DNA of 64,000 nucleotides from Phoronis australis (GCA_002633005.1 NMRA01000060.1:1159463-1223462); one strand, 5' to 3'; shown: positions 52,386-64,000, counted from the stretch's first letter. A program made the numbers and translations. The notes: generated from the sequence alone by a model not told the origin.

Positions 52386-53749
52386 ATTATCATAAGCTAG
52401 TGTGCCATGTTGCAATGCAAACCTAGTACTGTGTCACTGGACATTGCTATAGCAGTGCTACTTGAGAGATTATAATGTACGGGATGAATGGGAGTCATTG
52501 AGGGTAATTTGTTTGCTCATTTTACTGCATCATCGTGTCTCCCGTTTAATTGGAAGACGTGTCGTTTTACCATGCTCTCATCTAGTCAGTTATGTTTGTC
52601 TGATTGAACGACCCTAAGTCGTGTCGTAGGTCAGCGTAGATTTTTGCTTAGCATTGCTAGTGTATAGTGGCTTTCATTTGTATTTTTATATCTGTGATAT
52701 TAATTGTCTTTCGAAACTGAGAACACAATCAGTCGAGTGACACTTGTCAATCAGTGTGTACAGCAAACAGTTGTGGAAATTGTATATTCGTGTATGTTGA
52801 CGCTAGTCTGAATTGTATATTTACTGGAGATGTGTGTACATAGTGGTCGGTTAATGAAATGTTCAATATTTCTGTTTCGTTTCGACGCAGTTTGTCATGT
52901 GATATCCCATTCAAGTTTTAAAGCCCCATGTAACAGTAATTAGGTCGTGTCAAAAGCACACTCTCAAACTGCAATGAATCCAGTTTGAAGTGATGAGTCT
53001 AACTGTACAAACTATCTGTGAATTCTGCACTCTGCATAATGTATATCTTGTCACAGAGAAAACTTGTCGAATGAAAAAACCTGTGAACCAAATATTTTTT
53101 CAGACATGACCATGCATGTGACTTTAATTTCACATGAACTTGTCAGTTGCCGTTTTTTGTATCATTGAAAGCAGGGTTTCATTCATCTCAGTGATGCTAT
53201 AAGAATCTGGTAACCATTCTGTTGCAGCAGTGAAACACAGTAATCCCTAAATATTAACATGCAACATTAAAAAGATACTAAACCCTGTTTTAGTTATTCT
53301 GCCAAAAACTGAGTGCTCAATGTTACAGTTGTTGTCTTTAGCATCGTGGGGTGATTTCAAGGTTTTGAAAGAGCTGAAATTCGTCATTGTCAAGCCAAGC
53401 CATTTCATGTGCTGAGGACTGTCAGTTCTTTGGAAACCCAGGAGTTAAGTCCCGTCTGAGTAAGATACAAGTTAAGACTGAATGATTTTCATTGCTTTTT
53501 AGTGGTTAGTCTAAATCAGAAGTTTACCCGACAGTAATGTCAGGTTTATAGTACCTGCTTTGTAATGCAACCTTGATGTCTCCCTTCACGAGAACAATGT
53601 GTTTGGCAGGTTTGTAGATGCCAGGAAGCGATAAGTTTACACAGGATAACTTTCAAGATTCAAATGGAATGTGATGTTGACCATGACCTTGCATGGAGAT
53701 GTTGACGACGCTATATGGTTCATTTTACTATCATGAACTGCGATGTTTC

Positions 53750-53755
53750 AATAAA
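53750..53755 (+). terminator. Candidate poly(A) signal of MAST (3'UTR ~1.4 kb)
   Basis: First AATAAA I noticed downstream of the stop. Confidence 0.45.
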
Positions 53756-54527
53756 AATGTCTGTAAATTAATCATCGTTTAATTACAATCGCAAAATTGA
53801 CAACAAATTAGTGCAAATAGACAACTGAACATGCTTAATTTCTTAAAACCAACTTTTGAACTACCCTCTTCACATCAATGCCATAACTTATGAAATCCAA
53901 ACACTTTATACCTGCCTCCTGTTCAGTAACGCTAGGACTTTGCTAAGAAGTACAACTTGGCAAGATTATGCAAGATTTTTGCCATGTATTTAAAACGAGA
54001 GCATGCGACTCCGGCAAGATTTTAGCTAGGACCTAGTGTAGGTTTTAGCATTACTGAACGAGGGCCTGCTTTAAAAATTAGTGAGGGGGTGGTTTAGTGA
54101 GACCATGTTGTAACATGGTGTGAACATGGCAGTTGTAAAAGTTAACTTAAGGTGGAGCTGATGTCAAATCTCGCTAACAATTGCATTTGGAAGTTTGGAG
54201 GTACAAAGTTACTGAAGTGAATCAAAAAGTGATGGCATTGACAACTAGCGACTAAAACCATGAGCTAAGATTACAACATGTTCTAACTGTTGCTGTGAAT
54301 GGTAACAATTACATAACAGTTACATAATAGAAAGAGTACAACCACATTTACTTGGTCAGAACACAAGGTAAGTTTCAGGCAGTTGCAACATGCCAAAAGC
54401 ACCATCATCAGTGCATGCCTAAAATATGCGAGACAAAATGACTTACAAGTCTCCCCACTCATGCCAGCTGGGTACAAGATAACATCTTCGAACTAAACTT
54501 GAATGAAATTTGGGAATAATTGGGGGG

Positions 54528-54584
54528 AAACAACCTTCTTGCAGCAACAACCTTTTTGCAGCAACAACCTTTTTGCAGCAACAA
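54528..54584. repeat. 17-bp tandem repeat (gcagcaacaaccttttt) x3
   Basis: Seen directly; another short duplication (aaatgtgtgtcccaacataatggtcata) at 54714-54778. Confidence 0.8.
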
Positions 54585-55949
54585 CTAAGTCATTACTAGT
54601 ACCTTCCACGTTGTGCGTAAGTGGTAGTCATTGCACCGGAGATGGTTTTTCCAATTATTTTTCACAAGCACTGTTAAAGCTCAATAAATTGAAACATCAC
54701 TTGGTAGGACTAAAAATGTGTGTCCCAACATAATGGTCATACTGCCTAAATGTGTGTGTCCCAACATAATGGTCATAATGCCAAGCTGTGCATTAGCACA
54801 AACATTTAACACAATGGTAAACTGAAATGATAAAAAGAGAACGACAATTCTACACTGATTTCGCACAAAAATAATTGTCATTTTTTACGTTTTTTTAAGG
54901 CTGATTACTAAGCTGCATATATCGTAAAATTAACTAAAACTTTTTTCATGCTATCTACACAGTACAAACCATGATAGCAAAGAATTAAAGTTTGTCAATC
55001 TTTATTTTTGTGGAGAAATTTGACAAAATAGTATTTCTATCCCTTGTCGGTCACATTGCATGCTAAATAATGTAGAATTGCCGTGCTAACAAATTTTCCA
55101 AGCATTCAATACCACTTAGTTGTAAAAGTGAACCACCAGACAATTATATTAAAATGCATGTTCACTAACTCCGCACACCACCAGATGGCGATTAAGCATT
55201 ACTTGAAAATTAACTCTTTGCGAGTCTAGGGAATGTAAACAACGGTGACGGTACTAATATAACAAATTATACCATAAAAATGATCAATTGAGTGAATTAA
55301 TTTTTTTCAAAAAAAAATTCTTAGTCGTACTGTTTTAACACCCCCGACACGCTGAAAATAAATGAGACTTATTTCTCCCATTCAAAAATAATGACTCGGC
55401 TGATTGTATGTCGTAAGATGAAGCATCAAATATTTTGGATGAATTATTAGCACCGCATGTGGATGAATCAGCTTTGCTATCAGAAGACAATGACAATGAT
55501 CAATCAAGACAGGTAATGAACACAAACCTAATCAACGGGTTAAGAAGAAATTGTTTTGACTGATACGTGCTGTATACAACTGTACGACCCCATAAACATT
55601 TAAATGTTGTGCTTCATATCGACGTTACACAGAACCGATAACGATAAAAACGATTATTTATAAACATCTGATTCAATAATTTCTTCAGTTGCATTCATGT
55701 TCATGGCCTACGTTTGATCTCAGTTCGGTGAAAGAATAAAATGATCCCCAGTTGAAAGCTTAGAAGATTGTAGTGTGATAGGAGCTCAGTCTACAAGAAA
55801 TGTCAGCAGTACCTTTCTTACTTTGGAATAACTCACTCGTACAGAGGTTGTGGTCTTGGCTGCTGCACAGAAAAAAGCACTGTCCTTCTGAGTTAGATGT
55901 GTGGTCCAAGCCTGATGCAAGTGCAACCGTGAAAAAATCGAGTACGATT

Positions 55950-56386
55950 CATGAACTATATCCTAAATATGTTGATGGCTCGCTGCGGGCCAGAATAGGC
56001 CGTTCTTCCTCTCATACAATCACCATCCAGATTATTCTTCCTGAGGAGGATGATGCATCTCCGGTGTTGATTAGGCGCTGTCACAAGGTTATTGTGGACG
56101 TGGGGGGAGAGTATGTCTTGTCGATAGTGGGAGATAAGTATTGGATAACCCATGGCAATTCCGCAGTTGGTAAGGCGCTGGCTGACTGCGAGAAATGCAA
56201 GCACCAGCACGGAGCAAGAAGTGGTCAGAAAATGGGAGAACTGCCTCAAGCTTATTTGATGGTAGACAAGCCTCGTTTGTCAATTGTCAACCAGAGTTTA
56301 TTATTTTGGTACACTTTTGGTAAACCAGAGAAGTCGAATCAAAATGTACAGTTGTCTGTTTACATGCATGACCTCTAGCGGTGTTC
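55950..56386 (+). mobile_element. Pao/BEL LTR retrotransposon integrase remnant
   Basis: LYP..VDG.LR..GR..IILP..LIRRCH..YWI..AV....CEKC..QKMGELP, then after a frameshift YYFGTLLV..MYSCLFTCMTS (DYFGP..YGCLFTCM equivalent). Confidence 0.85.
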
Positions 56387-57344
56387 GCCAAATATGGTTA
56401 GGGATTGTAGAATCATGTACATTGCTGATGAATTTAGCACAATACCCTTGAGATTTACATTTGAATGACATGGTATTTTTATGAGTAGGCTCGCACACAT
56501 TGTGCTCATCATTAAGAATGCATACTTCAAACACATGGAGCAGCAACAATGCAGCGCTGCGGACGAAGATATTCAGTGGTGCCAAGATCAAGCACAGACC
56601 GAGTGGCTTCAATGTAACGACTGTATCCGCTGTATCCACGTGGGCTACCACGGATACGGTAAGAAACACCTGTATGAGCAAAGCACTGTGCTCGTGCATT
56701 GCGGCTGCCTCAAAAGGCGGCCATTGGTCTGGTAAGGGTAAAGATGCCTAGATCATAATTAATGGAAATTAAGGCATTTAAACAACACTAAGTTTTACCC
56801 AATTACTTCACATGCAGCTGCATTTGACTAATTGAGGATACAGGTGCATGTCTTCAGGTATGTGCATACAAAGTACAAAGACTACTGATACTTCACAAAG
56901 ATAGCTTTTCATGCCTGCGTTTATGTATGGCGTTCTGTCAGGAAACCCACTACCAAGCGACAAGTTAGAAACTTGAAAACAAGGCACAAGACCAGGCTGA
57001 GGGGTTTCCTAAAGTCACTAATGAGGGTGACACTATGCCATGGCGCCGGGACCCCAGTGCCAGAGGGATGGGACCTAGGCAACACCTAATCTTGAATGGA
57101 GGGGACTTTTTTAATGATGATTTGGTAAGGGAAACCTCCATGTTACACTTAGAGGTAATTTTTTAGTATGTATGAATGTTACCCCCGTCAGATCGAGGGA
57201 ACCTATCAAGGATTGAGTATGTCAGTAGAGAAGGCACATTAGAACATCATTTTGGTTTCAGCTCCGTACGCAATATTTTCACATGCTAATACTATGATAT
57301 GCATTTTCAAAACTGAAAAAAGTGAAATAAAAATATTGTTGACA

Positions 57345-57765
57345 ATTTTTCTTAATACCTTGAAATTTTGTGAAACACTTGCGAGGCATTGCGATTTCGC
57401 AGACGTTGATCAGGAGATAAAATCAAAGATAATACAAAACACTTCGATAGAGAAAGTGTGTCAGAAAGGACTCCCCGAATCTACCATTCGCATTGCAGGT
57501 TTACTAACATGGACACACGCAAGAAGCGGCAAACCAACAAGGGCTGGCAATGGCCTCACAAACTGTAACTGTTGCTACTAATCAAGTGCTTGGGAAACAG
57601 CCAGTTCCTCACAAACCATCCTACCGACATAATCACAAACGTGGGAATTTCCGTGGAAAAGTGCAAAAATGTTTTGGTTGTGGGGGACAGTGTGCGAATC
57701 GTCGAACTGTCCAGCAGGGGGAGAGACACGCCATATCTGCAGTATGTTGAATCGTTTTTAATCTG
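57345..57765 (+). mobile_element. Gypsy-type gag remnant with degenerate zinc knuckles
   Basis: LARHCDFADVDQEIKSKIIQN, then CFGCGG...CPAGGETRHICSMLNRF (CxxCGG..CPAxGKxCxxCxxxNHF pattern), frameshifted. Confidence 0.75.
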
Positions 57766-58633
57766 AGCGACACCACCAGGGTGTTGCGCAATCCACGAAT
57801 TCACAACAGGCGCAGTCCCACGCAGGTCACACGCCACAGGTGGTTACGGCCAGCGCAGCCGATTCGGTGTCAACCGCTACGGTCGCACCCTCGGCGTCCC
57901 GAGACACTCATCCGGCTGCAGCCAAGCAATCACGTCGCGTGACGTCATCTCAGCCTGGTCCTGACCGCCAACATAATATTGGGGGCAGCGCTTGTCCTCG
58001 TGCTGGGTGCAAGGTACGCACGCGAAAGTTGAAAGCACACGTCTACGCCTGTTCGATCTCTGTGTGCCGGGCTTGCATGGCAACTCAACTGAGGTCACGG
58101 CCGCTCGGCGACAGGCGCTCAAAGTACTGTCCGAGCTGTTTGGGCTCGGTGGCGACGCCTACGAGCTGGCGTCCTTCGCAGCAATGCTGCCAGAGGTGCA
58201 GCGTATATCAGAGTGGCCTGCGGAGCTGGAGGACGCGGCACGCACCCTATGCCGCGTTGTCGGGGTGGTGGTTCCTGACAAGCTCAGAGTCGTTTCCGGG
58301 CGCTTCACCTCCCCAGTGTGCCTCCTCCACTGGCGGGTTCTCGTAGCCCTCACTGACAGATTGAGCCAATCAAGCTGGGACGCTTTCTGTGCTCGTTGCA
58401 CGGAGTTGTGGCCGTCCCCTCAGGACATGCCGGGCGACGCGACTCAGCACGCGTCATCCTCCCCGCACATAGACGGCACCGATGACGAGGATCACATGAC
58501 CTCTTCCTGCCATGCTAATGCTGACGGCTTACCACCGCCTGCAACGGAACCGACGCCCACAGACGATCTCTTGGAGGAGAGCGTCCACGTTCTCTGTTTA
58601 GAAGAGGAGGTGGGGCAGAGGGATGAGGCATAA
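57762..58633 (+). pseudogene. Accessory ORF of LTR element copy A (C2H2-like finger + SPxCLLHWRVL domain), one 16-bp deletion
   Basis: Joins ORFs 57840 and 57992 once the 16 bp present in copy B (60350-60365) are restored; TAA 58631-58633 lies ~120 bp before the PPT. Confidence 0.75.
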
Positions 58634-58768
58634 AACCTCGTCTCAGGCATGGTAATAGAGCACTGTGGATTATACGGCCGGTATAGGAATTGGCCTGATG
58701 TAAGAAATTTAAAAGTAAACCCAGTCCACCCCTACGTTTCGGCCTTAATCAAATAAAACGGAGGAGAG

Positions 58769-59081
58769 TGTAGTGAGATGTTATTCGATGTGTCTCACTG
58801 CTGCGCTGGCCTTCAGCCGCGCGCGCCCTCTCTTGGCATCGAAAGACGACTGTGGTTCGTCCTGGAGACTGCCGACTTTGGCTGTCCGGCCCAAATGCCG
58901 GTAATGGCCAATGGGGGCGCGACATGAATATTCAGCGGCCATCCTGCGCCCGTTACAAAAGGCTGGCGCAGGGACTGGAGTGGGGCTTTTTGACTACTAC
59001 TGAACAAACAACGATTGAACACTCGACCACTGAATTAGGAGCACCGTATCACAAGGTAAGACCTTTGGAAATATTACTACA
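58769..59081 (+). mobile_element. 3' LTR of element copy A (313 bp)
   Basis: TGTAGT...ACTACA inverted termini; preceded by purine tract aaataaaacggaggagag (58751-58768); homologous to 61123-61426. Confidence 0.88.
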
Positions 59082-60103
59082 CCAAGCAAAAAATTCAGAA
59101 CAAAGATACAGAAAGCAGCACATGCAAAACTGGCCTGGATGTGGACCCCAACAGTTGTCACCTCAATAACAAACTGGCCTGGGATGCAGCTATCAGAGAT
59201 ATCCCTTAATGCCTTTGAATCTGCAGCAACAGTCTCCAAGTTGGCCTCCGATATCGAGACACCGTTGCCTGCCCCAGCAACAGGTTCCTCCTCCCTTTGG
59301 TGAAGAAACCATTGACCAAGAACACTCCATGCAGCCTGTAGTTCAGGTTGTATAGTACTGCAGTTTTGAAAAAGTTGGGCACTGTTCAAGGGCTATTCAA
59401 ACTTTATTGTTTTAGGCCCTGTCCAGCTCTTGTCAGCAAGTCACATCACTGGCCACCCAATTCATGTTTGGGTAAACAATACTGTAAAGCAGTATTCAAA
59501 GGACAGAAACTTAACCACACCATTAGAGTTCTTGTTAGTTCCTTTGAGTATGGCAAGACAACAAATGTAAGTACTTTTAGTAACAATTATATTTAACAGA
59601 AATCTTTCTTGTAGAGTGCTGTCAAACATGGTTTAGGGATGTTTATAATCAATTATAACATCAATTACATTTTATTGCTTTTAATGACAGACTTGATGTC
59701 CAATGCTTCAAGAATGTATACTAGGAACTATTATTTATTATGCAACTTTCACTCTGTGTGTGTTCAGTCTTTCTTTGTAACCCATCCTCTCTTCCTCTCT
59801 TAACCACAATGTATATGTATTTGGGCATGAATCATTTCTTGGAACTTAACAGATGCATGTATCGTGTAGAACTCAGTTTGATTAAATATATCGTAGCATC
59901 AAGACGCTCTCTCTCAGCTCTCTGCTCAGCACATCGAGCCACCTCTTAAGTTAAACCGCTATTACCCCACAGGAGTCTACTTCTTGCATTTTAAAAAAGA
60001 TTGTTTGCTCTCTATATTCTTAATTTTGAGACGTCTTGTTGCATTTTAAAGTGCATTAAAAAAGGCGTTATCTAAATTTGTAAGACCAATTTCTTGGAAA
60101 TAC

Positions 60104-61426
60104 TGTAGTGAGACGTCACTTGACCTGTCTCACTGCTGCGCTGGCCTTCTGCCGCGCGCGCCCTCTGTCGGTATCGAGAGACGACTGCTGTTCGTCTTGG
60201 AGACTGCCGATGTTGGCCGTCCCGGCCCATATGCCGGTGATGGCCAATGAGGGCGCTACATAAATATTCAGCGGCCTTCTGCGGCCGATACAAAAGGCTG
60301 GCGCACTACTGGAGGAGAGCTTTGACCACTACTGAAAACAACGTCTACGCGCGGCACTTGCCGCACCTGTTCGATTTCTGTGCACCGGGCTTGCAAGGCA
60401 ACGCAACGGAGGTATCGGTTGCACGGCGCAAGGCGCTTGAGGTATTGTCCGAGCTGTTTGGGCTCGGCGGCGACGCCTACGAATTGGCGTCATTCGCAGC
60501 AACGCTGCCAGAGGTGAGGTAAATCACGGAGTGGCCTGTGGAGCTGGAGGCGGCGGCACGCGCCTTATGTCGCGTTGTCGGGGTGGTAGTTCCTGACGAG
60601 TTCGGAATCCGCTCTGGACGCCTCACCTCCCCAATGTGCCTCCTCCACTGGCGGGTTCTGGAGGCGCTAACAGACAGGTTGGGCCAGTCAGCTTGGGACA
60701 CTTTCTGCACTCGTTGCGCGGGAGTGGTGGCCGTCCCCTCAGAACGTCCCGGGCGACGCAACTGACGCGTCGTTTTCCCCGTTGGATTCTCACGACTCGA
60801 CTGAGGACGCTCCCACAGCGGGGCCCAGTTGTGGCGCCGATGACGGAGGTTCTGCGACCTCTCCTCCTCTTGCGACTGCTATGGGTCTACCTCCACCTGC
60901 GACGGAACCGTCCCCCGCAGACGCAGACAATCCCTTGGAAGACAGCGTCCGCGTTCTCTGTTTAGGAGGGGGCCGGGAAGATGGACAAGGCGTAAACGTC
61001 TCGGCTCGGGCACTGTATTGGAACAGTGTGGATTGCACGGCCGGTATAGGAATTGGCCTCATTTCGGAAATTCAAATGTTCTCCGTTACGTTTCGGCTCT
61101 AATCAAATAAAATGGAGGAGAGTGTAGTGAGACGTCACTTGACCTGTCTCACTGCTGCGCTGGCCTTCTGCCGCAAGCGCCCTCTGTCGGTATCGAGAGA
61201 CGACTGCTGTTCGTCTTGGAGACTGCCGATGTTGGCCGTCCAGGCCCATATGCCGGTGATGGCCAATGAGGGCGCTACATGAATATTCAACGGCCTTCTG
61301 CGGCCGATACAAAAGGCTGGCGCACTACTGGAGGAGAGCTTTTGACCACTACTGAAAACAAGATTAAACCCTCGACCACGGAATAGGAGCACCGTATCAT
61401 AAGGTAAGACCTTTGGAATCACTACA
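60104..61426 (+). mobile_element. Internally deleted LTR retrotransposon copy B: truncated 5' LTR (60104-60341), accessory ORF remnant (60342-60995), PPT (61105-61122), 3' LTR (61123-61426)
   Basis: Direct repeats differ by 5 substitutions + 1 indel over ~238 bp; TGTAGTG...CACTACA termini; flanks ATAC/ATAG (imperfect 4-bp TSD). Confidence 0.9.
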
Positions 61427-61696
61427 ATAGTTAACTTCTTTGGAGAAGTCAAATTTGCTTTAATCATACTGGTAAGTACAATAAAACTTCAAATTGTGAC
61501 ATTCTTTGTCCTGGTGTTCTAAGATTAGGTCCAAGATTTAAACGGATGACCCTGAATTGACAAAAACAATGGATGAACTAATTGTCATCATCTGTGAAGT
61601 TTTTTATAGAAGCTACATCACCTGCATTTCTGTTAAAGATGTCTAAAATTGACATTTTTCAAGCATTTTAAGTGTATGACATTTTCATCCTTGTAG

Positions 61697-62893
61697 CTTT
61701 GGAGAGAGGGGGCATGATTGGTGACCAAGCCAATACTGTAACAAAGAGTGGAAGAAGAAAACTTCAGTGGGTAAGTAAGTGCTTGAGGTTCGGGTAAGAT
61801 ACCCCTGACAGATTCTTGTAATTTATTGCCATAACTCAGAGTTGGAAATATTTCAAAGTTCCCTTCAGATTAGCTGCTGAGATGTTGGTGTTACTAGAGA
61901 CGACTATTGAAAGTTCTATAGCAGTTGAAGTATAAATATTCTGATATTCGTATGATGTTGAGAGGGTAATGATAATTAAAAGTTATGAGCTTTGTACAAA
62001 CTCACAACTTTCAACAAACACGACTATAGTATGCATAATCTATAAGTTCCATAGGTTAACTGGTAACAAAAAATGGTGTCCTACGGTCTGAAGGTTCTGT
62101 GCTCTGAATGTTCAGTCAACATGGTTTACTTTTTATTTTTAACAAAAACACTACTGTTGCTAATGCTGTAAGCCTCAACCAAACTGGTGCCCAATACTCT
62201 GATTATACAGATATTTTAATTCAAATGTTCTTCTATTTTACTAAAAAAATGAAAAATTTTGTACTATATGAAGCCTTCATACCAATTAACCTAGACTGTA
62301 GCCAACATGGCTGGGTTATGATTTGACACAGGCATCATTAATTCTAGTACCTCTCAAAAGATGAGTGTCCGACCGATTTCCGTCCACTTATTGACGGCTG
62401 GAACGTCTTTGTTTCTAGGCCTCTCTTTGACCAGTTCTTGTCGAGGAACAAACGCAAAGACTGTTCAGCAGTCACCAAGAAGCTCATTAGCATGATGCTG
62501 CTGCCAGTGGAGTATGGAGTATGAGTATGGGACCTGAGGTGTCAGCAAAACACCAGTTGGCCCTGTTATGGGTGCTATTGAAGGTGAGGTTACATGTTTA
62601 AATGAAAACTCTCAAATATGTTTATTAACTAATTCACCAAATAGATAGTGGAACGCAATCAATGGGTGACGAGCATTATTCAAACTTCATCAAAGTCTAC
62701 AAATGTGCATCAAGAATAAATATAAAAGTATGGTGTGTTTGAGGTTGATTTAAATTGACTTGTAAATTTTTTTTTTGCAGCTTGGGCCAACCTGAAGTAC
62801 GCCAACAAAGTGGACCCGTCATTTATTAAAAATCGCATAAATGAAAAAATTTGGTGGGCGTACAAGTTTGTGAATAAAGTGAAGAACCTGTGA
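61697..62893 (+). pseudogene. Degenerate 3-exon gene, BEN-domain-like (exons 61697-61770, 62348-62583, 62781-62893)
   Basis: AG/GT sites with compatible phases (0 then 1); ..VFVSR..KDCSAVTKKLISMML..KTPVGPVMGAIE|AWANLKY..FIKNRINEKI; disrupted by a 7-nt duplication and a TGA near 62510-62537. Confidence 0.5.
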
Positions 62894-64000
62894 GAACTCC
62901 AGACTTTTTTCTCTATTCAGTATCTGAAGAAGAGAAACACCTATGCCACTGCCTATCTGTCTAGCGTCTGAATTCAGCATGAATCTTGAATATCTGCCCA
63001 GTTAAGGGAATAATACATATTTCCGCCAGTAATTTTTTTTGCTGGAAATAGTCCCTAGATAAGTGATGGGCCACTGCCAACATCCATTTTCAAGGAGAAT
63101 CATTTCAGGACGAAGCTTCTTTGGCCACCCTCATTGGCGTGGCTTAGCTGTGGGGTGTGATGTTTCACTGTTAGACGTATGAGAACCATGCCCATATATG
63201 GTTTTGTCCCTGTCGTGGCAATGACCTTCGAATTTTCACCGATTATTGGGAATTTCCACTGTCAGTTGTTACGCAAGACATCCTTGTCTTCGCTTTTAGT
63301 AAGAACTTTTGTTCTTCGGTGCCTGACCTTCGTGCATGGTCCAGTGGTTTGCACCAATAGTTTTTTGGGCTGAATTTTAGCAATGAAATTTGCAATTTGG
63401 CGCAAGCAATCGCGTTACGCTTTGACTATGCATTTCACAGGACGTGCCGTACAATGGTACTTTAATACGTGATCAGTGAAGTTAGCCGGCGATGGTGGAT
63501 ATATATCCTTCATGTTAATGACATACACATCACCATTTATTCAATTATTAAGTATTTAGTAGTTTTTTGTAAACTCACACTACCATTTATTACATGCTTA
63601 ATTTCTAAATTCGATAAAAGAGGGGAGATGTCATGATATTACTGCAGTTGTTAGTGCACATCTCTTCCTGATAATAGTGACATCTGTTGGTCATGTAAGA
63701 TACACTTCATAACACAACCTTGATCTAACATATCATCCTAAGGTAGATAGCCACTCCTCAATAAAACCGTAGACTATGATGTCTGTACAACCATATGCAA
63801 CTTAACATAGCAAAAATGCAGTGAACTGAGTTTTCAGGTTACATGACCTCAATAAGAAGTAGTCTAACGGGCTCCATTAACATTCTTCAGTTGTTGTTTA
63901 GATGTCAGCTGGTCATTGGTAACAAATCTGTTTCATTGGGTTTTTGTTTCACAAAAAGAATGCAATGATACCAAGTTGACCACGAGTAGTCAAACTACTA

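Noticed and set aside
52380-52397. Stop-codon readthrough of MAST
   Set aside because: TAA-A context is non-leaky and no extension of note follows
58852-59169. ORFs lying inside the LTRs (58852+, 58813-, 60072-, 61103-, 61135-)
   Set aside because: Frames and ends are not conserved between LTR copies; GC-rich non-coding LTR sequence
58997-59389. 130-aa minus-strand ORF next to LTR A
   Set aside because: Runs into the LTR and has no recognisable domain; cannot be assigned
60782-60796. LDSHD resembling the TatD DSHxH metal-binding motif
   Set aside because: Second His missing, not conserved in copy A, followed by a low-complexity tail

Overview
AT-rich eukaryotic genomic DNA from an invertebrate metazoan (species not determinable here). 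Most of the window is one + strand spliced gene, a MAST-family kinase (microtubule-associated Ser/Thr kinase: DUF1908 + AGC kinase + AGC C-terminal + PDZ). I traced 23 coding exons by hand (8635-52385); all have GT-AG boundaries with matching phases and total 4980 nt (1659 aa + stop). The introns hold a decayed LINE, several TIR/foldback MITEs, minisatellites and several candidate alternative exons, including a 27-nt microexon. Downstream (55.9-63 kb) is a nest of retroelement remnants: a Pao/BEL integrase, a Gypsy gag, and two related LTR elements. These two carry an unrecognised accessory ORF (atypical C2H2-like finger plus an SPxCLLHWRVL domain) just before the PPT/3' LTR, with an excess of synonymous differences between the copies. 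A degenerate 3-exon BEN-like gene follows the last LTR. Family assignments rest on recalled motifs; no searches were run.
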